DNA from: Octopus vulgaris | Taxonomy: Eukaryota | Assembly (NCBI GenBank): GCA_951406725.2 | Contig: OX597824.1 | Location: 39,184,001 to 39,248,000, forward strand | Reading direction: 5' to 3' | DNA length: 64,000 nt | Shown here: one piece after another, positions 55,391 through 64,000 of the stretch | How the letters are laid out: the number at the start of each line of letters is the position of its first letter | Numbering within the stretch: position 1 is the stretch's first letter | Translations under genes and position numbers: made by a program | The notes under the pieces: generated by a model | What the model was told of the DNA's origin: nothing | Databases searched by the model: none | The model's input: only the letters and a program-made list of their open reading frames with translations

Positions 55391-58313
55391 CCGGGGTGGG
55401 CAAACTACGGCCCGCGGACCGCATGCGGCCCGCCATAGGTTTTCATGCGGCCCGCCGAGAGCTTTTATGAATCCCAACTTCTATGCAGATATTTCGTAAC
55501 TGTTTCAGTTGTACGGTAATTCACAATAGTTTGCATTTTATTTCAGTTCACTGTTTCGCGCCTTCACAAAATTGTCCGCTGTTTGTTTGTTTCAGCTACT
55601 GTGAAGCGATGAAAAATTTCGAGAAATATTCCCATGACATCATAATAAAACACATTTCCGGGTGAAGATATCTTTTCTGTGTTTTCTCGTCAGACCCTAC
55701 AAACTCAAAAATTAATAGAACAATGAAACAAGTATTGTGGCAATACAACGAGTCAATCGATATGCTTGAAACATTCAAATAAATAAATCACGTGATAGAC
55801 GGTGATGAGGGCATGATGGACGATGCGTTTCGTTCCAATGAAGAAGCCGGCCAGGTTAATAAAATGGCTTGAACCAGCTTTTTCTGGACACAGAGCTGTG
55901 GTTGGTTATCATTCACTCTATAGATTATTTGAATTTAGTACAGACACGAGTGTTTCAAACTAGCTTTTGTTGTCTGATAAAATTTACCCAAAATGAGTTG
56001 TTCGAAGCTATCTAAAAAGCGAAAAATTGAAGAGGAATGTCGTGTTTTTAATGAAAATTGGACTGAAAAGTATTTCTTTACCGACGTTGGAGTGAAAGCT
56101 GCATGTTTGATTTGTTCTGAAACAGTTGCTGTGTTCAAGGAATATAATTTGAAACGCCACTTTCAAACGAAGCACGCCAATTTTGGACACAATTTATCAA
56201 AACAAGAACTGCAAAAGAAAGCAAATGATCTGACAAAACCTTTGAAGCAACAGCAAAATGTGTTTGATAAAACTTCCTCTTTACAAAGGAACGCGACAAA
56301 GGCAAGTTTTATATTGGCCAACAAAATTGCAAAGCAAAACAAGTCATTCGCAGGAGCAGAATTTATCAAAGATTGTATGGTTGATGCTGTCAGCGTTGTG
56401 TGTCCTGAAGTTAAGTCAAAAGTAGAAGCCATTTCCCTGTCACGAAGAACTATTGTTCGTCGCATTGATGCAATTGCCGTGAATATTCATGAACAGCTGT
56501 TAACAGCCAGTGGTCGATTTCAGTGGTTTTCTATTGCTTTAGATGAGAGTACTGATATTCAGGATACTGCTCAGTTACTCATTTACATCAGAGGAATTGA
56601 CGAAAACTTTGAAATTACAGAGGAATTGTTATCTATGGAGTCTCTCAAAGACACTACTACTGGAAAATATTTGTTCAACAGTGTCAATAACAGTTCAATC
56701 AGGTCTGGATTAACCCTAAATAAACTGGCCAGCATTACAACCGATGGAGCTCCTTCACTCACCGGTAAACATTCCGGCCTCGTGAAGTTGTTGAATGACA
56801 AAATCAAAGAAGATTTTCCACTACACAGTGTGTTGTCTTTTCACTGCATCATACATCAAGAAAGCCTTTGTAAGTCATCTTTAAAACTCAAACATGTCAT
56901 CGAACCTGTGGTGCGTGCAGTGAATTTAATAAGATCACGGGGATTGAAACACAGGCAATTCCGAAGCTTCTTGGAGGATGTGGAGGCTGATTTTACTGGT
57001 GCTGTACTACACAAATGTCCGCTGGTTAAGCATTGGAAAAGTTCTTAAGAGAGTATGGGACCTCAAAGCAGAGATTCTTATGTTTCTCAAAATGCAAAAC
57101 ATCTCCTGTGACTTTTTAAACGAAATGGAGAGTGACAAATGGGTTTGTGATTTTGCATTTGCTGTGGACATAATGCAGAAGCTGAATGAACTTAACACAA
57201 AACTGCAAGGCAAAGGTATATTTGCTCATGAATTGTACCTGGAAGTGAAAGCTTTTCGGTGGAAGCTTGGACTTTTTGCCAAGCAGCTGAATGAGCAAAA
57301 ATTTATTCACTTCCCTCTGCTGAAAACACAGTCTGTTACACAAGAATCATCGGACAAGTACAGTTCCCAGTTGATGGCTTTACAAAAGGAATTCATTAGA
57401 AGATTGGCTGATTTCAAGGCAGTTGAAGGCCTGTTCGATTTGCTTAACTCACCTCTTGCCTGTGACATTGAAACAACTACCGAGGAACTGCAGATAGAAC
57501 TGATTCATTTGCAAGCCGACAATTCTTTAAAGATGATGTCTGAGAGTAAACCACTGGTCGAGTTTTATGCTTCTCTACATTCAAAAAAGTTTCAAAATCT
57601 AAAAACATTTGCAAGAAAGATGTTTGTGTTGTTTGCATCAACTTACATATGTGAGCAGACTTTCTCCATCATGAAAATTAACAAGGGGAAGAATCGATCA
57701 CTTCTCACAGACTCAAATCTTCAGTCAGTGTTAAGAATCAGCACAAGCAACTTGACACCTAATTTTGACAAACTGGTAAATGACAGTAGTCAGCTGCATC
57801 ATTCTCATTGACATTGTCATTTACAGAGCCGCTTTGTTTTTCAAATAAATGCTTCGGGTAACGTTTCTAATTTCAGATATCAATTCATATTAATAAACTG
57901 TTATTTCTCTTTAAAATTTTTTATTTTGGGTATCCTAGAATTTAAGTATAATATTCATCATGGTTGTCCATAATATTAAGAGGTGGTTGTCCACAATTAG
58001 TGCAGATTTTACTAGGAAAATTCCGTTCCTGGCAATTTGTAAGCAATAACAGGCTGTCCAAAATAACCGAGGTTCCTGTAATAATTTCAACTATAGGAGC
58101 AAATAACCGAAAAACATGAACCCGATACTCTAAAAAATAAATTAAATAACTTAAACCAGGAATATTTCACAAAATTTCCTTTCAATCAATTGTGTGTTTA
58201 TAGGTCTATAACCGCCTTTAAAAATATTTTCACTTGATTTTTATAAATGAGGCCCGCCAAGGTTCCAAAGACGCACTGTGCGGCTCGCGATCAAAAAAGT
58301 TCGCCCACCTCTG
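55391..58313 (+). mobile_element. full-length hAT DNA transposon (Buster/SPIN/Charlie-like), 2923 bp
   Basis: 16-bp imperfect TIRs ccggggtgggcaaact / agttcgcccacctctg; subterminal ggcccgc repeats; right flank atcTAtct fits the Buster nnnTAnnn target. Confidence 0.9.
55993..57811 (+). pseudogene. hAT transposase (GTF2IRD2/SPIN-like), about 600 aa, one frameshift near 56998
   Basis: N-terminal CLIC...NLKRHFQTKH finger, FSIALDESTD, ITTDGAPS, FHCIIHQE; second frame VRWLS...FASTYICEQTFS; two overlapping ORFs 55993-57048 and 56978-57811. Confidence 0.9.
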
Positions 58314-58860
58314 ATCTATCTATTTATCCCCCCCTTTCTCTCTCTCTCGTTGTTTCGTGTTCTATCTCGCACTCAATCCTTTTCTATCCGACATTTTTTT
58401 GTATCATTCTTTTACCTTCCTTCACATTTTTCCCGTACCACATCGTCATAAAAACGTGTCAGACTATCGTTCCACTTCATATTTTAATTTAGTCCTTTTA
58501 TTTTAAAGCTATACTTATATTTTTTAATTTATAACCTACTCTTATCCTAAGTCCTAACATGGATGATCTGGAAAAGTTGAATACGAATTTAGGAGTTTAT
58601 TATTGCAAATCAGCGATGAAAAGCCTAACAGAATACGTAGAATCTAAAATAAAAGAAAATAAAACTTGAACGAATTTTTGTACATAGTTATATTAATAAT
58701 TCTTCTCTTCCTTCTCTCCTAAATTTCCTCCCTTACCCGAAGAAAAACAATTTTCGAAAAATCAAGTCTCAACCTAATAATATTAACAATGAGTGTCACA
58801 TGTACTTTTGTCCTTTTTAATTATTTGCTTTCGCTTCATATATATACAGTATATCAGTGA

Positions 58861-58894
<34 letters not shown>

Positions 58895-59011
58895 TTATCT
58901 ACGCACACATGCACACACGCACACACACATGCACACACGCACGCACACATGCACACACGCACACACACATGCACACACGCACACACACATGCACACACGC
59001 ACACACACACA

Positions 59012-59490
59012 TACGAACATAAACCCGACGGCATCATCGAAAATTATAATGCAAAAAAACTATGGGATTTAATGATTCAGTGCGAGGGTGAGATAGAGAA
59101 TCGGAAACCAGTCATCGTGTTAATTGAGAAAGAATGCAAACGATTCTGGATCATAGATATAGCATACCCAGCTAACAACAAGGCATGCGAAAAGGGAGAA
59201 AGAAAAGTCGATAGATATAACAGGTTAGCTTAGGAGTTTAAGCAGTTGTGGTCGTTGAAAAGATGGTAGTATTACCAATAATTGTCGGAGCTCTAGGAAC
59301 AGTGAGTAAAAATGTTGGAACGAATAGGAGCTGCAATAAGGGTGGAGAAATTGCAAAGAACAGCACTGCTTGGAACCGCTCAGGTGCACCGGATGGTGCT
59401 CGAAAAATTAGGGGTGTTACCTTAGTTCACTGGGAGTGAACAGCTGACACCGTACTACAGCTCTATCGTTAGAAGCTGTGCAAAAACAAT
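59012..59490 (+). mobile_element. R4/Dong-type LINE family A 3' fragment
   Basis: [43 protein letters not shown]; homologous to the 37083-37560 copy; ends at AAT repeat. Confidence 0.9.
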
Positions 59491-59507
59491 AAAATAATAA
59501 TAATAAT

Positions 59508-59700
59508 TGGGTTCAATACAACCCAATCTGAAAAAAATCATCTGGAAACTTTAGAAATACCCTAGAATCTAGATGAATTGCAAAAAGTCGGCTATACTTT
59601 GAACAGGACGCATATTACGTAAAGTTCTGTCTGTCTGATTTTCTTGTTGTGACCTGACAAACAGTACAAACCCCAGTAGACACAAAATCAACAACCTCAA
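59508..59700 (+). mobile_element. R4/Dong-type LINE 3' end
   Basis: ctggaaactttagaaataccc...ttgcaaaaagtcggc...atattacgtaaagttctgtctgtctga, similar to the 47650-47850 end. Confidence 0.65.
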
Positions 59701-59704
59701 TTTT

Positions 59705-60231
<527 letters not shown>

Positions 60232-60277
60232 CAAGTCAAAAGTAGAAAATGCTAAGATAATTTTATAGTGAATCTTT

Positions 60278-60315
60278 CAGTACCGGTTTCGGTCATTTTG
60301 AGACCTTTTCAACTG
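60278..60315 (-). ncRNA. minimal type I hammerhead ribozyme, U3-A8 variant
   Basis: Minus: cag-TTGAAAA-ggtc tcaaaat gacc-GAAA-ccgg-TA-ctg; palindromic ACCGGU stem III. Confidence 0.65.
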
Positions 60316-60573
60316 TAACGATTAAATAATTAAATTTAGAAAAATTAGAAGAAAAGTTTTTTTAAAAGAATATTTCTATAGTAGTGTTCATATATAAGTA
60401 GCATTCTGCCTTTCTCTGACTCCCTTGTTTGCACTTGTGTGTTCGAACACACAATTGCAAACAAGGGAGTCAGAGAAAGGCAGAATGCTACTTATATATG
60501 AACACTACTATAGAAATATTCTTTTAAAAAAACTTTTCTTCTAATTTTTCTAAATTTAATTATTTAATCGTTA

Positions 60574-60611
60574 CAGTTGAAAAGGTCTCAAAATGACCGA
60601 AACCAGTACTG
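60574..60611 (+). ncRNA. minimal type I hammerhead ribozyme, U3-A8 variant
   Basis: cag-TTGAAAA-ggtc tcaaaat gacc-GAAA-ccag-TA-ctg. Confidence 0.6.
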
Positions 60612-60698
60612 AAAGATTCACTATAAAATTATCTTAGCATTTTCTATTTTTGACTTGTTTTTTCATATATATCAACTCGTGTGTTCCTTTCCACCCTT

Positions 60699-60736
<38 letters not shown>

Positions 60737-60789
60737 GTACGTATGTATACACACACACACAAACACACACACACACACATATATATATA

Positions 60790-61495
60790 CAGTATCTCAC
60801 AGAAGTGTGTTCGCCCCTAAAAATTTTCAGTAAAATTGCCATTACTCTGATAACATTGCAGGAAATCGAAAGAAATTTATACTGAATAACATATTATAAT
60901 ATTATACAAGCAAACATCATACAATTTTAGAACACAAAACAATAAACAGTTTCAAAGATATGAACGAAATATTAATTTTTCAAACGATAGAAAATTATGT
61001 ACACCCTAAAGGATTATTTGCTATATTCAATATTTGGTGTGACCGCCCTTGCTTTCAGTGACTGCATTAAATTTTCTGGGCATAGAGTCGATTAAATTTC
61101 CACATATAACCGATGAAATCTACCTCCATTCATCCTGAATTTTGTCTTTCAACTTTATTACACTGCGGGATTTTTTCTCCTCAATCCTCCTTTTCAAGAA
61201 CCCCACTGATATTCTATTGGATTTAAATCAGGTAACAGGGTAGGCCAAGGAAATACATTTACCTTTTTATCTAACAAAAACTTAGTCGTCATTTTTAAAG
61301 TGTGTTTAGGATCGTTATCATGTTGGAACATGGAATGACTTCCTAGTTCCTTGATACTTTTCAACATTGCTTTCTGCAATATGTCACAATGAAGCCTTGA
61401 ATCCATTATTCTCTCAATAAATTTCTATTTTAACTGCGCGTAATATTCGCCACATCCGTTGTGCCGCTTCATCTCTGGCCCAAGATTTGTCTTCT
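60790..61495 (-). mobile_element. Tc1 (DD34E-type) transposon 3' fragment
   Basis: TA|CAGT terminus at 60790; ORF 61194-61406 FQHDNDPKH...WPTLLPDLNPIE. Confidence 0.9.
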
Positions 61496-61780
61496 GTTAG
61501 TGGAAAGATTAAGAAATACTAGGAAAGTTATGGGGCATAAGGAAAGTAATGGTGATACAGGCGATAATTGGAGCATTAGGAATAGTTTCCAAGTGCTTTG
61601 AAAAGAATATTAAGAATATTGGAGCTACTTGAGCTGATCCAGAAGTTAGCATTGTTGGGTACAGCTCGCATTCTAAGGAGAGTATTGTCTCTTTGAGTCA
61701 CAGGAGAAGGCACTACTTCTGTTATTACCTGCTTTCAAGTAAAAAATGACCGGTAATTAACAACTATCCGAGAGTCTTTC
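61496..61780 (+). mobile_element. R4/Dong-type LINE 3' end
   Basis: LGKLWGIRKVMVIQAIIGALGIV...IQKLALLGTARILRRVL*, then UTR and (AAT)n. Confidence 0.8.
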
Positions 61781-61826
<46 letters not shown>

Positions 61827-61856
61827 TAATAATGATAATAATAATAATAATAAAAT

Positions 61857-62362
61857 GCCCTGATGCAGTACCAGGCAGTGGCTCTCATGGCTTCTGATCT
61901 TAACTGATTGGAAGTGTTATTCTGCTCAATACCACAGATTTGCTTGTCAGTTGTTTGACCATAACCAGTTGAGCATGTCCCTTAGTGGCTGACGATATGT
62001 GCATCTCTGATCACGAGCAGAAGTAGTGGGGGAGCATTATAGCTATGTGCTGAGAGGGGTTCTTTGGGGTTTGAATAGTTCACCTCTGGAAACATGGGTG
62101 GTTCTTTCAACATCCTTAAACAACCCTTATTCAGGGACCGTTTGAGCGGGATGGGCTACTCAACCTGAAGAAAATTCTAACTGGACCCCACCTGCAAGGT
62201 CATGTGCTGTTTATCTTGATATGAGATCACTATGTCGCGCACATATGGTTGTGATGCATGTGCCTGGTGTACCTTTATCAGACGGGTAGTCATGATGGGT
62301 ATATTGGGCTTCGTATATTTTACCCCAGTGTCACTTTGATGGCATGAACTGCTCTCTCACTC
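61857..62362 (+). mobile_element. (AAT)n-associated element, full ends with ~50-bp internal deletion
   Basis: Same termini as 18935-19488, flanked by (AAT)n. Confidence 0.9.
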
Positions 62363-62445
<83 letters not shown>

Positions 62446-62486
62446 TAATAATAATGATAATAATAATAGTAATAATAATAATGGTC

Positions 62487-62911
62487 ATAAAAGATAGGCT
62501 ACCGCAAATATTCTGCCCAATACCAAAGATCTACTTGTCAGTTGTTTAACCATAACTAGTTGAGTTTGTCCCTTAGTGGCTGACAATATGTGGATCTCTG
62601 ATAACGAGTAAAAGTAATGGGGAAGCATCATAGTCATATGTTAAAAGAAATTCTTTGAGGTTTGGATAACTCACCACTGGAAACATGAATGTTTTGTCCA
62701 AAATCCTTAAAGAACCCTTATTCAGAAAGCTTTTGAGCGGGATGGGCTACTCAACCCGAAGAAAATTGTAACTGGGCCACACCTGCGCACATATGGTCGT
62801 GATGCATGTTCCTGGTGTACCCTTCTCAGACGGGTGGTCATGATGGGTATACTGGGCTTCGTATATTTATACCCCAGTGTCACTTTAATGGCATGCACTG
62901 CTCTCTCACTC
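62487..62911 (+). mobile_element. (AAT)n-associated element, 5'-truncated
   Basis: Homologous from ataaaagat... to ctctctcactc; 3' end intact. Confidence 0.85.
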
Positions 62912-63001
62912 GATAACAACAACAACAACAACAACAACAACAATAATAATAATAATAATGATAATAATAATAATAATAATAATAATAATAGTAGTAGTAG
63001 A

Positions 63002-63358
<357 letters not shown>

Positions 63359-63782
63359 AAGAAGAAGAAGAAGAGTCATTATCATCATTATCAACATTCT
63401 CATCATTATCATGATCATCATCTCCGCAAATAATTGAAAATTTTATAGAAATAGAAATATCGTGTTGTGCCCTTGAGTACAAATGATAACATATTTAGAA
63501 ATGACTTTTAGAATCAAGCAATATGCAATATAAATGAAACGCATAAAGAGTACTGGAATAATGACAGTGCTTAATGATGAGAATGTAAAGTCATTATCAT
63601 CTCAAAATCCAGGAATATAGAAAAGCGGCATAACCAAAAGTATGTGAATAAAGAAAGCATTTGTAAAATACGTATTTTAGCAAATCCAAATATAACGCAG
63701 TAAACATCATAATAACAACTTTAATTAGTTATGGAGTTGGAATTACTTATGATAAAAAAATGATGAGCTGAAGGATGGTGTA

Positions 63783-64000
63783 CTCTTTACTCTTTTACTT
63801 GTTTCAGTCAGGTGACTGTGGTCATGCTGGAGCGCCGCCTTTAGTCGAGCAAATCGACCCCAGGACTTATTCTTTGGAAACCTAGTACTTATTCTATCGA
63901 GCCTTTTGCCGAACTGTTAAGTTACGGGGACGTAAACACACCTGCATCGGGTGTCAAGCGATGTTGGGGGACAAACACAGACACATAAACATATACACAC
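63783..64000 (-). mobile_element. SINE family A (runs off window)
   Basis: Colinear with 8554-8780. Confidence 0.9.

Overview
AT-rich, microsatellite-saturated eukaryotic DNA with no recognisable host protein-coding gene. The SINE families and the (TA)n/(AAT)n/(GATA)n load suggest a cephalopod, probably Octopus, and an intergenic or intronic region (inference). Most ORFs in the track are microsatellite translations. Real content is mobile DNA. This comprises one nearly intact 2.9-kb hAT (Buster/SPIN/Charlie-like) transposon with a single frameshift and many restriction-like-endonuclease (R4/Dong-type) LINE fragments abutting (AAT)n. There are also CR1, RTE, Gypsy-integrase, Tc1 and mariner relics, non-autonomous Helitrons and three tRNA-derived SINE families. 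A ~550-bp non-coding element recurs seven times, always within (AAT)n and in the same orientation. The most unusual signals are: (i) type I hammerhead ribozyme folds, one with a compensatory U3-A8 core present in both arms of a spacerless 436-bp palindrome; (ii) several other long palindromes at microsatellites; (iii) locally templated patchwork insertions; (iv) a three-unit hairpin array with a compensatory base change.
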